Assembly (NCBI GenBank): GCA_037441385.1
Contig: JBBISH010000067.1
Span: forward strand, 1-34,077
From: Myxococcales bacterium
Lineage (GTDB): Bacteria; Myxococcota_A; UBA9042
Length of the DNA: 34,077 nucleotides
Direction of reading: 5' to 3'
The notes under the pieces: generated by a model
Seen by the model: the letters and a program-made list of their open reading frames with translations, nothing else
What the model was told of the DNA's origin: nothing
Databases searched by the model: none
In this document: one piece after another, positions 10,539 to 19,509 of the stretch
How positions within the stretch are numbered: position 1 is the first letter of the stretch
How the letters are laid out: every line of letters begins with the position of its first letter
Made by a program: the position numbers and the translations under genes

Positions 10539-10653
10539 CGACGGCCAGGGGTGGCCGGACGAGCGTGGACCAAGTGGAGACCGCCGTACGCGCACGTTGG
10601 GGCGTCCGTGGCGCGGGCGGACCGGCCACTACAAAGTCGGCAAGCTGGGGACG

Positions 10654-12324
10654 CTACAGGCGCAGCGGTCGGCGCAGCTCGCGCCAAAGCTGCTGTGCGG
10701 CCTGAGCTGGGGTCTGCTGGCGCAGAGGCAGGCCCTTGACTTCGCCACCCCAGACCCCGCCAGGAAACAGTTGCAGGGCGAAGGGTCCTCCCCCGGCGAA
10801 GTCGAGCGGCGGCAGGGTCTGTAGGCACGCAAGATCAAGTTTTTGCTGGGGGTTCTTCAAGAACTGCATGGCAATGGTGCCGCCGCACAGGGTCCGCTCG
10901 TGGTCGGGGTTGGTGGCGACGCCGTGCGGGTTGTCTGGCACGACCACCAGTTGCGCGCCTTGGGGCGCCAGTGCGTTGTGCGTGGCCTGGGCAAAGGCGA
11001 GCGGCGTCTGCGGGTCCAGGTCGCCAGACAAAATCAAGACCGGCGTGGTGGGGTGCGGCATCGTCGCGCGCAGCGGGTCGCTGCCGACCGCGGGCCAGCT
11101 GGGCTGGATGGCGATGTCGTCGTTGCCCTCCAGTGGGGCGAAAAGCAGCGGCGCCAAGGGCGGCGGCGTGCCTTGCCAAAGCTCGGCGAAGACTACATTG
11201 TGGTGCAGAACAGGCGAGTATTGCTCACGAATCGTCTGACTGGAGTTGGGGTCGATGACCACTGGCTTGGCCACGGCCTTGAACAGCGGCTGGAGCGCGG
11301 CGACGTCTTGGCTGTTGCAGCGGTCGAGCCGAAACACGATGGGGGCGATGAGCAAGCGGGCGTCGGCGTTCGCCACGGCCGAGGCAAGCAGTTCGCGTAG
11401 CAGCGGTCGCAGGGGCTGTCCGGGCAAGATCGTGCTGCAGTGACCGCTGTCCAGTTTGGCGGCCAGGCTCTGCAGGCGCCCCCACGGGTCGTCGCCCAAC
11501 TTGGCGCGGCAGATTGGGTCCTTGCTGCAGCGTGTCAGCAGCTCCTTGCCCGTCGCTTCGAACTGACTCCAGTAGCTGGTCAGCGAACAAACGCCTGGCG
11601 GGCAGACCGAGTCGAGCACGACAGCGCCCGCCTGATCTGGAAACAGCTGCAAGTAGCGCAGAGCCCAAAACGTGCCGTACGAGACGCCGTACAAGCGCAG
11701 CGGCACATCGGGCTTGCGCGTGGCGTCGATCAGCTTGCCTACGTCGACCGCGGCTTGGGTTGCAGAGAACGCCTGCAAGTCCGTGCCCCACTCGCCGAGC
11801 ACGGCCGCCAGGCAGTCGGGCCACTCTTCCTTGGTGACCATGGCGCCATCGGGGCTGGTATTTGCCTCGGCCTGCGCGCACCCAAGGCGCGTCGACTCGC
11901 CGACGCCGCGGTGATCGGGCAGAAAGAACTCGTATCCGGGCAGTTGTTCGGCATACCACTCCGCCAAAGACAACAAGCTCTTGCCCGAGTAGCCGGGGCC
12001 ACCCTGCAGGAGCCACAACTGGCCAGTCACGCTTGACTTTTTGGGTGACAGCCGCACGACGGCCGCGACAATCGAGGGCCCCTCTGGGTCTTGCCAGCGC
12101 AACGGAACGGTGGCTGTGCCGCAAGTGGCCGCGTATCCGGCCGGCCCCACGACGGCGCAACTCTGCCACTGCACTTCGGTGACCGCGGTCCCAGGCAGCG
12201 CCACGACCGCGACCGCGCCGCCACTGCCGCTCGCCGGATCGCTGGAGCAGCCCAAGGCAATGGCAGCTAGGAACAGCCCGTTGGCGAGTGGAAACCGTGC
12301 TTGGCTCAGCCAATTCGTGTGCAT
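10654..12324 (-). CDS. Alpha/beta-hydrolase lipoprotein (TAP-like peptidase/esterase)
   Basis: Lipobox LAAIALG-C; GGPGYSG, DHRGVG, nucleophile GVSYG, SGDLDPQTP (Asp) and PHG (His). Start placed at ATG 12324. Confidence 0.88.
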   Translation of the reverse strand: MHTNWLSQARFPLANGLFLAAIALGCSSDPASGSGGAVAVVALPGTAVTEVQWQSCAVVGPAGYAATCGTATVPLRWQDPEGPSIVAAVVRLSPKKSSVTGQLWLLQGGPGYSGKSLLSLAEWYAEQLPGYEFFLPDHRGVGESTRLGCAQAEANTSPDGAMVTKEEWPDCLAAVLGEWGTDLQAFSATQAAVDVGKLIDATRKPDVPLRLYGVSYGTFWALRYLQLFPDQAGAVVLDSVCPPGVCSLTSYWSQFEATGKELLTRCSKDPICRAKLGDDPWGRLQSLAAKLDSGHCSTILPGQPLRPLLRELLASAVANADARLLIAPIVFRLDRCNSQDVAALQPLFKAVAKPVVIDPNSSQTIREQYSPVLHHNVVFAELWQGTPPPLAPLLFAPLEGNDDIAIQPSWPAVGSDPLRATMPHPTTPVLILSGDLDPQTPLAFAQATHNALAPQGAQLVVVPDNPHGVATNPDHERTLCGGTIAMQFLKNPQQKLDLACLQTLPPLDFAGGGPFALQLFPGGVWGGEVKGLPLRQQTPAQAAQQLWRELRRPLRL

Positions 12325-12479
12325 GGCACTTACCTTTCGACCACCGTTCTCGGTCAGGCTACTCGCCTTGGCGCGCGGGGTCAACGTGTCCAAGCAGTCG
12401 CCGGCGGGCTCTACTCATCGTTTTTACTACACAAATCTACGAAGCAGGAATGGCAAGTGCATTGGGCGCGGTGATCGAA

Positions 12480-13568
12480 CTACTGCTGCTTCAACTCGCG
12501 GCGCGCGTCCTCGGACTTGCCCTCGAGCATCCAGGTCTTCTGCAGGGCCTTGAGCACCACCACCGCCTCGCGGAGGGTAATCGTGAGCTCCTTGGTCAGG
12601 TGCGGCAGCTCGGGGGCGATCTTGCCGGTCTGCTCGGCGAGGACGGAGAGATTGTCCAGCAGGCGCGCCAGCTTCTTCTCGTCCGCCAGGCGCTCCATCG
12701 AGCCGATGAGGCGGCCGATGCGGTCGTCGGCCAGCAGCTTGTCGGCGTGCTCCAACAGGCTGGGCAGGTGGCCCTTCTCGCCGGTCAGGGTCTCGATGCG
12801 ATCCAGGAGCTGGTCGGCGCGGCCAATCAGGCGGTCGACCCGTTTCGGCTCGAGCACTTGCGCGGCATTGCGCACGGCGCGGTGCGTGGCCTGGTCGTTC
12901 AGCAGGGCGTCGGCGCCGGACAGAGCCCCGTGCAGCGCCGGATCGGTCAGCAGCGCCACCGCGGGCTTGTGCACGTCGTCCAGCAGCTTGTCCAGGCGGT
13001 CCAGGGTCGGCCCAACCCGGTCAAAGGTGGCGACCATGCGATCCAGGCGGTTGTTTTCCTCCAGCGTGCCCAGCAGCTTCTCGACTACGCCCAGAGCGCG
13101 GCCGCTCGTCTTGACCAGCGAGCCAAAGTCGAGCTCGCTCACCACATCCAACACGTCCATCGGCTCGACCGCCGGCAAGAGGGCGCCTGCGGCTACCACT
13201 TCTTTGACCCCAGCGGGCGGTTGCAGGATCAGGCGCTTTTCGCCAATTCCCAGGACCCGCCGCACGTTGACCGTGGTGCCCTTGCGCACGCGGCCGGCGT
13301 GGCGGGTCAGCACGACGAGTTCCACGTCCAGGTGCTCGTCGTCGCGGAACTCGATGCTCCCCACCTCGCCCACTTCCACGCCGGACAGCAGCACCGGCGA
13401 GCCCGAGCGCAGACCATCGCCCCGCGACACCAGCGTGTGGTACGAAATCCGCGGGGCCAGCCACCGGTTGCGCACCGCCGCGCCCACAAAAAAGGCCACG
13501 ACCAAGGCCGCCGTGACGACGATGAAGAGCCCGGCCATCCGCTCGCGCGAGGTGAGGAAAATCTTCAT
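12480..13568 (-). CDS. mlaD: MlaD/MCE-domain protein with helical C-terminal extension
   Basis: N-terminal TM helix, MCE motif GDGLRSGSPVLLSGVEVGEV…I, LGIGEK, long helical tail. ATG 13568 overlaps the upstream stop (ATGA). Confidence 0.85.
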   Translation of the reverse strand: MKIFLTSRERMAGLFIVVTAALVVAFFVGAAVRNRWLAPRISYHTLVSRGDGLRSGSPVLLSGVEVGEVGSIEFRDDEHLDVELVVLTRHAGRVRKGTTVNVRRVLGIGEKRLILQPPAGVKEVVAAGALLPAVEPMDVLDVVSELDFGSLVKTSGRALGVVEKLLGTLEENNRLDRMVATFDRVGPTLDRLDKLLDDVHKPAVALLTDPALHGALSGADALLNDQATHRAVRNAAQVLEPKRVDRLIGRADQLLDRIETLTGEKGHLPSLLEHADKLLADDRIGRLIGSMERLADEKKLARLLDNLSVLAEQTGKIAPELPHLTKELTITLREAVVVLKALQKTWMLEGKSEDARRELKQQ

Positions 13569-14290
13569 GAGGGCACCTCGTTCGTCGCGACTAGCCACTC
13601 GACCAGTCGGGCGCCGTGGCCGCTGGCCCAGGCCTCGAACCGCACGTGGCGCCGGGCCAATACCGCCACCGCTGCAGCCGGGCCCTGCTCGCACCACGCG
13701 CAGATGGCGGGCCACGAGCCGTCGCCGTCGGTGTCGCTGTCAAAGTCGCCGCTGCCCTCGACGACCAGCCACTGCGGCCGCAGCGTGAGCGCGCGCGCCA
13801 ACAACGCACGAAAATAATGCGTCGGATCCAGCTGATGCGGGCGCTTGTCCGCCCGATCACTCAGCTCGAACTGAGCAAGGAGCTCGGCCACCCGCGCCGC
13901 TTCGGCCTGGCTGCCCAGACGCGCGTGAATCGACAGGGGCAGCCCCAAGTTGTCGGCGATGCTGCGATTCGCCAGCAGCCCACCCCGATGCGGCACGTAG
14001 CCCACCTGGCTGCGCAGACGCATCAGCTCGGCATACGTCAACGCCGCAATCGGACTGCCAAAGAGCTCGATCGTTCCGCGCGCCGGCATCCCCAACGTCC
14101 CCAGCCGACGGGCCAGGTCGGTGGCGGGCTCCGGCAGGTCGGCACCCGCGGGCGGCAGCAGCACGGCCCACTCACCCGGCAGCAGTTCCATAGGCGGCAC
14201 CTGCACTTGCAGCGTCCCGCTCACCACGGTCAGGCCGGTCGGCAAGCGCAGCACAGTCGGCAGGTTGCGCTCACCAGGGGCCAGGCTCAT
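13565..14290 (-). CDS. MlaF-like ABC ATPase-fold protein with degenerate catalytic motifs
   Basis: Scaffold is recognisable (GE…P..GTIELFG, LRSQVGYV, LLANRSIADNLGLPL, RPHQL…RALLARAL..P). No Walker A GKS/T, no LSGG signature, no Walker B DE. Lies between mlaE and mlaD with ATGA overlaps at both ends. Confidence 0.8.
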   Translation of the reverse strand: MSLAPGERNLPTVLRLPTGLTVVSGTLQVQVPPMELLPGEWAVLLPPAGADLPEPATDLARRLGTLGMPARGTIELFGSPIAALTYAELMRLRSQVGYVPHRGGLLANRSIADNLGLPLSIHARLGSQAEAARVAELLAQFELSDRADKRPHQLDPTHYFRALLARALTLRPQWLVVEGSGDFDSDTDGDGSWPAICAWCEQGPAAAVAVLARRHVRFEAWASGHGARLVEWLVATNEVPS

Positions 14291-15114
14291 GGCAGCCCCC
14301 CCAGCAGTAGCGAGGTGGGATCGCGGCCGGCCAAGTTCGCCACGGACACGACCCCGTTGAGCAGCACTAAGAAAATCAAGCTGTTCAGGGCCGCCCGCGA
14401 CACCGCCACTGGCACTTCGGTGGGCGAGTCGACCACGTCCATGCCGTGGTAGCAGCCGATCAGCACCAGCCCCACGCCGCCCACGCCCACCTTGACCAGG
14501 AACATGCCCAGGTCGGCGGGCCGGGTGGCCGACAACACCGCGTCAAAGAACACATTCGCCGGCAATTTTACCAGGAGCTGCGCGATCGCGAACCCTCCCA
14601 GCAGCGCCGTCGCGGCAAACAGCACGGTCAGACCGAACAGCGACAGCAGGCCGCCAATCAGCCGCGGCGTGACCAAGAAGCGAATCGGAGCAATCCCCAT
14701 AATTTCAAGCGCTTCCACTTCGCGGTGCACACGCATCGAGCCGAGTTCAGCCGCGATGGCCGTCACCGACCGCACGATGACCACTACCCCGGTCAGCAGC
14801 GGCGCGACCTCGCGGAGCACCACCACCGTCACCATCCGCCCCAGGTTGTCAGCGCCGGACAACGTGCCAATGCCGCCCACGCCCTCGACAATTGCGAACA
14901 CGCCCACCGCCAGCGCCAGCACCACGATCGGCCCGATGGCCTGCACGGCAGTGAAGTACACCTGCATCAGCACTTGCCGGAACAGATCGCGCTGGCCCAG
15001 ATGGCGCCCCACCCACAGCATCTTGACGGCCAGGTACAGAAACGCCAGCAGAAACCAGGTGTAACGCACCAGGCCCACGACCTTGCTGCCGATGGCGTCG
15101 ACCGTCTTGAGCAC
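14287..15114 (-). CDS. mlaE: MlaE-family ABC permease
   Basis: VVLREVAPLLTGVVVIVRS, AIAAELGSMRVHREVEALEIMGIAPIRFLVTPR and CYHG…EVPVAVSRA motifs. Confidence 0.9.
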   Translation of the reverse strand: MLKTVDAIGSKVVGLVRYTWFLLAFLYLAVKMLWVGRHLGQRDLFRQVLMQVYFTAVQAIGPIVVLALAVGVFAIVEGVGGIGTLSGADNLGRMVTVVVLREVAPLLTGVVVIVRSVTAIAAELGSMRVHREVEALEIMGIAPIRFLVTPRLIGGLLSLFGLTVLFAATALLGGFAIAQLLVKLPANVFFDAVLSATRPADLGMFLVKVGVGGVGLVLIGCYHGMDVVDSPTEVPVAVSRAALNSLIFLVLLNGVVSVANLAGRDPTSLLLGGLP

Positions 15115-15138
15115 GTTCTCTCAGCGCGGCACGGGCCG

Positions 15139-16638
15139 CTATTGGATGAGTTGGGGTTCGCCGCCCCGGAGCATGCCTTCGGCCGGGCACGGCGCCAACC
15201 AGCGCGCGGCCTGCTGCTGCAACTTGGCCCCGGCGCGGCGGGTGCGAGACGCCTCGCTGCGGACGCGCTTGGGGTGCGGCGCACCGGGAATATCCCTAAG
15301 ATTCAAGCTGCGTTCCACGTCAAGCGCCTGGGCAATTCCGTCCGCCGGGACGCCCAGACGCTGCGCGATCGCCGCGGGTCCCAAGCGCGCAAAAGTGGTG
15401 TGGTGGCGCACACAATCGGCGACCAGCTCGGCGATCTGCTCGTGGGCCGTGCGGAACGGCACACCGCAGCGCACCAGTTCGTCCGCAAGGTCCGTGGCCA
15501 ACAGGAACCCGCGGTCCAGCGCGTCCAACAGCGCCTGGCGGTTCCACTTTGCGGCGCTCAGCATGTCCGCCGTCACCTGCAGGCATGCCGCCCACGTGTC
15601 CAACGCGTCGAACAGTGGCTCCTTGTCTTCTTGCAGGTCCTTGTTGTACGCCAGCGGCAGGCCCTTGAGCGCCACCAGCAGCCCCACCAAATCGCCCACC
15701 ACCCGTCCCGACTTGCCGCGCAGTAGCTCGGCCATGTCCGGGTTTTTCTTCTGCGGCATCAGCGAACTGCCGGTGGTAAAGGCGTCGGTCAGGCGCACAA
15801 AGCCAAACTCGGCCGACGAGTAGAGCACGAGCTCTTCGCCCAGCCGCGACAGGTGGACCATCCCCAAGCTGGCCGCCGCCAGCGCCTCGATCAGGTGGTC
15901 GCGGTCGGACACCGCGTCCAGCGAGTTGTGGGTGATCGCGGAAAACCCCAGCAGTTGTGCGACCTTGGCGCGATCAATCGGCAGCGTGGTGCCCGCCAGC
16001 GCCCCAGAGCCCAGCGGGCAGGCGTCCATCCGCACCAGCAGGTCGGCCAGCCGCGAACCATCGCGCAGCAGCGCCTCGGCGTGGGCCAGCAAGTGGTGAC
16101 CCAACGTAACAGGTTGGGCCCGCTGCAGATGGGTATAGCCCGGCATCGGCCAGGCGGCGTAGCGACGGCCCAGCTCGGCCAACACACCGACCAATCCACT
16201 GATATCCTTTATGATTTTAGCCAGCGTCGCCCGCAGATACAGGCGCTCGTCCAGCGCCACCTGATCGTTGCGCGAGCGGGCCGTGTGCAGCCGACCGGCT
16301 GGATCACCAATCCGGTCGCGCAGTTCGGCCTCCACGTTCATGTGCACGTCTTCGCGCGCCACCGACCAGACAAAGCGATCGGCCTCTACGTCGGCCAAGA
16401 TCCCGCGCAACCCCGCGACGATGGCAGCATGATCGGCGGCGGACAGGATGCCCTGGTCGCGCAGCATGGTGGCGTGGGCGACCGAGCCGAGGATGTCGAA
16501 CACCGCGAGCCGACAGTCGAACCCTATCGAGGCGTTGAGCTGCTGGACCAGCGGGTGGGTCGCTTCGGCGTAGCCGCCGCCCCACAGGCGATCGGAATTT
16601 GCAGGTTTACCAGCAGATACGGGGGCATGGGCGGTCAT
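15139..16638 (-). CDS. argH: Argininosuccinate lyase
   Basis: LWGG, EDVHMNVE, LHTARSRNDQVA, MPGYTHLQRAQP, TTGSSLMPQKKNPD and AYNKDLQEDK. Start placed at ATG 16638. Confidence 0.97.
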   Translation of the reverse strand: MTAHAPVSAGKPANSDRLWGGGYAEATHPLVQQLNASIGFDCRLAVFDILGSVAHATMLRDQGILSAADHAAIVAGLRGILADVEADRFVWSVAREDVHMNVEAELRDRIGDPAGRLHTARSRNDQVALDERLYLRATLAKIIKDISGLVGVLAELGRRYAAWPMPGYTHLQRAQPVTLGHHLLAHAEALLRDGSRLADLLVRMDACPLGSGALAGTTLPIDRAKVAQLLGFSAITHNSLDAVSDRDHLIEALAAASLGMVHLSRLGEELVLYSSAEFGFVRLTDAFTTGSSLMPQKKNPDMAELLRGKSGRVVGDLVGLLVALKGLPLAYNKDLQEDKEPLFDALDTWAACLQVTADMLSAAKWNRQALLDALDRGFLLATDLADELVRCGVPFRTAHEQIAELVADCVRHHTTFARLGPAAIAQRLGVPADGIAQALDVERSLNLRDIPGAPHPKRVRSEASRTRRAGAKLQQQAARWLAPCPAEGMLRGGEPQLIQ

Positions 16639-16790
16639 CGTAAGGGCCTTGGAAGGGCGCCCAGACGGGGCGGCGGCGCGCGAGGATCGCATTGCCGGTG
16701 GGGCGGCGCAAGCGCGGCGTGACCTGTCGCAGCAGCCGGGTTAGCATGGGCCGAACCCAAGCTAGCTGGGCGGGCGCAGGGGAGGCACAG

Positions 16791-18020
16791 GTGGTCAGCC
16801 AATCTCGCGGAACGCTGCCGATCGCCCTATTTGCCTTCGTGTTCCTGGGCTGGACGTTCGACTTCTACGATCTGGTCCTTTTGGGCTTTGTCAAAGAGCC
16901 CGTCAGCCGCGACCTGGCCATGACGCACACTACCGAGTCGTGGATGCTGGGCGTGGCGCTGGGCACCTCGGGCCTGGGCGGCATCGTCGCCGGCTACCTG
17001 GCCGATCGCGTGGGCAAGCGCACCATATTGGCGGCGACGGTGCTGTTGTACTCGGCGGGTTCGCTCGTTGCCGGCCTGGCCCCCAACGCAGGGTGGTTCT
17101 TGGTCGGGCGAGCGTTGGTCGGGCTGGGCGTAGGCGGCGAGTGGGCCATCGGCCACGGTATTTTGGCCGAAGCGGTTCCCGCGCGCTGGCGTGGTCGAGC
17201 CTCGGCGGCGCTGCAGGCGGGCGAACCGGTCGGCGTGGCCCTGGCCGCGATTGCCGGCTATTTGCTTGTGCCTTGGCTGGGTTGGCGGACGGTGATGGTC
17301 GGCTCGTCGGCCACCGCCCTGCTGGCCTTCGCGATGCGCCGCAGCATGCACCTGCCGGACACCCCGCACGAACACCGCGCCAGCTGGGCGGAATTGCGTC
17401 GCGCCAAGGTGGGCAGCCGCATGGTGCGCGCGTGGCTGCTGGGCGTGTTCAAGCTGGGCACCTACTGGACCTGCTACACCTGGCTGCCGGGCTTCTTGGT
17501 CAAGGAAATGCACCAAAGCATCGGCCGTTCACTGACTTGGATGCTGACGGCCCAGGGCGGCCAGTTCCTGGGCATGCTGACCTTTGGCCTGGTGTCGGAT
17601 CGCATCGGCCGCCGCCCAGCGTTCTTTGGTTACTCGCTGCTCACCGCGGCGGCTATCGCGCCGCTGGCGTTTGCCTGGCAGGAACTATCGGCCACTCCAG
17701 CGCTTTTTTGGAGCGCGATGTTCCTTCTGGGCGTGGGTTCGGGGTGTACGGCCGGCTTTGGGGCGCTGCTGGCCGAACTTTTCCCCAGCGAAGTGCGGTC
17801 TACCGCGATGGGGACCACCTACAACCTGGCCCGGTCCGTGCAGTTGGCGGCGCCGGTACTGGTCGCGCAAGCGGTGGCCTGGAATGGCCTTTCTGGCGGG
17901 CTATCGGTGCCAATGCTGCTGGCGCTGGCCACGGCCACCTGGGTGTGGGTCCTGCCCGAAACGCGCGGCATCGAGCTGCCCAGCCTGCGGGCACAAGGCA
18001 CGGAGCCTGGCGCCGACTAG
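16791..18020 (+). CDS. Major facilitator superfamily transporter (SHS/organic-acid-like)
   Basis: About 12 TM helices, WTFDFYD, ADRVGKR and SDRIGRR motif-A loops, GVGGEW. GGAGG RBS at 16781 before GTG 16791. Confidence 0.9.
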   Translation: MVSQSRGTLPIALFAFVFLGWTFDFYDLVLLGFVKEPVSRDLAMTHTTESWMLGVALGTSGLGGIVAGYLADRVGKRTILAATVLLYSAGSLVAGLAPNAGWFLVGRALVGLGVGGEWAIGHGILAEAVPARWRGRASAALQAGEPVGVALAAIAGYLLVPWLGWRTVMVGSSATALLAFAMRRSMHLPDTPHEHRASWAELRRAKVGSRMVRAWLLGVFKLGTYWTCYTWLPGFLVKEMHQSIGRSLTWMLTAQGGQFLGMLTFGLVSDRIGRRPAFFGYSLLTAAAIAPLAFAWQELSATPALFWSAMFLLGVGSGCTAGFGALLAELFPSEVRSTAMGTTYNLARSVQLAAPVLVAQAVAWNGLSGGLSVPMLLALATATWVWVLPETRGIELPSLRAQGTEPGAD

Positions 18021-18086
18021 AACCTGAGGCGCGAACAGCCCTTGCTAGACCGCCAGCTTGCCGGCCCAAACTGTCAAGGAACGACC

Positions 18087-19463
18087 GTGAAAACTCCCCG
18101 TCCGCGCAACGAAAGCCTGCTCGAATGCACCGTCACCGAGTTGGGCCAGGCCGATGGCGCCCTGGCGCGCAGCCCGCACTTCCCTGGGCCGATTCGCATC
18201 ATGGGCGGCGTACCGGGCGACCGCGGGTTGGCGCGCGTGGTGCACTCAGGGCAACACGGCGTGTGGGCGCAATGGTCCACGCTGAGCGAGGCGGGACCAG
18301 AGCGTCGCCCTGCCCTGTGCCCGGTGGTGCTGCGCTGCGGCGGCTGTCCGTGGCAGATGGTCGAGCCCGGCGCCCAACGGGCCGAGCGTCTGCGGCGGGT
18401 TCGCGCAGCGCTTGCGCCGTATCTGGATGAAACCGCAGTGCAATGGAGCGGACCCGAGGGTCCCGACGCCGGCTACCGGACGCGCGCTCAGGTGGTGCTG
18501 GGCCAGCGGCGCGGCCGCATCGAGTGGGGCTTCTGGCAGCCCTCTAGCCAGATCTGGGTGCCGGCCGAGCACTGCCCGGCGCAGACCCGCGACGTGGATC
18601 GTGTGCTGCACGCCGCCTGCGATGTGCTGGGTCGTCATGGGGTGGCAGTGGCTCACGCACCGGGCAGCATGGGGGCCAGCGGGCTGGTGTGGCGCGCCGA
18701 TCCGCGCACAGGCCAGGGCTTGCTGACGGTGCTGACACCAGATCCAGCGGCAGTGGCCCACACCGGCCCGGCACTGCTGCAAATCCCTAGTGTTCAAGGA
18801 GTGTTTTCTGCTGTGCCCAGCCACCAGGGCGGACCGGCCAACCCGGCCACGCTGAACCTCTTGGCGGGCGCGGCGCGGTCGGCCCAGACTTGGCAGGTCC
18901 CAGATCTACCTGATCTGACGCTGGATCTGGGCCCGATTTCGTTCGTCCAGACCCGCCACGACGCCGCAGAGGCGCTGATCAGCCAGGTGGCGGCCTGGCT
19001 ACCGACCCAAGGCGAGGGACTGCTGGATCTCTTTGCAGGCGTAGGGGTTTTTGCCCTGGCCCTGCGCCATCGCTTCCGCCACGTGGCGTTGGTCGAGCGG
19101 CACGGCGCGGCAAGTGACGACGCCGCCTACAACATGGCCCAGTTGGGCGCCAGCCATGTCCAGGTCTGCCCCGGCGACGCGGCCGAGGTGGTAGCGAAGT
19201 TGCAGGGTCATGAAACGTATCAAGCCGCGGTCGTCGACCCTCCGCGGGCCGGTTGTGGTTCGCCTTTGATTCAAGCGCTGTCGCAGCTACCCCAGTTGAC
19301 GACGATCGTGTACGTGTCCTGTGGTCTTCCCGGGTTACAACGTGATCTTGCGACCTTTGGGGCCCTTGGCTGGCAGGCGCGCGAGGCCCGGGTGCTCGAC
19401 ATGTTCCCGCACACGCCGCACGCCGAGGTGGTGGTGCGGATCAGCCGCGCCGCAGCGGCGTAG
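18087..19463 (+). CDS. rlmD: RNA (uracil-C5)-methyltransferase, RlmD/TrmA family
   Basis: Divergent TRAM-like N-terminus, Fe-S motif CPVVLRCGGC…HC, SFVQ, DLFAGVG, VDPPRAG, YVSC and DMFPHTPHAE. Exact target specificity cannot be determined; start approximate. Confidence 0.85.
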   Translation: MKTPRPRNESLLECTVTELGQADGALARSPHFPGPIRIMGGVPGDRGLARVVHSGQHGVWAQWSTLSEAGPERRPALCPVVLRCGGCPWQMVEPGAQRAERLRRVRAALAPYLDETAVQWSGPEGPDAGYRTRAQVVLGQRRGRIEWGFWQPSSQIWVPAEHCPAQTRDVDRVLHAACDVLGRHGVAVAHAPGSMGASGLVWRADPRTGQGLLTVLTPDPAAVAHTGPALLQIPSVQGVFSAVPSHQGGPANPATLNLLAGAARSAQTWQVPDLPDLTLDLGPISFVQTRHDAAEALISQVAAWLPTQGEGLLDLFAGVGVFALALRHRFRHVALVERHGAASDDAAYNMAQLGASHVQVCPGDAAEVVAKLQGHETYQAAVVDPPRAGCGSPLIQALSQLPQLTTIVYVSCGLPGLQRDLATFGALGWQAREARVLDMFPHTPHAEVVVRISRAAAA

Positions 19464-19509
19464 CGGTGCTTGTGCTATGCTCGCACTGGTCCAAAAGTGG
19501 AGTCTGCCC

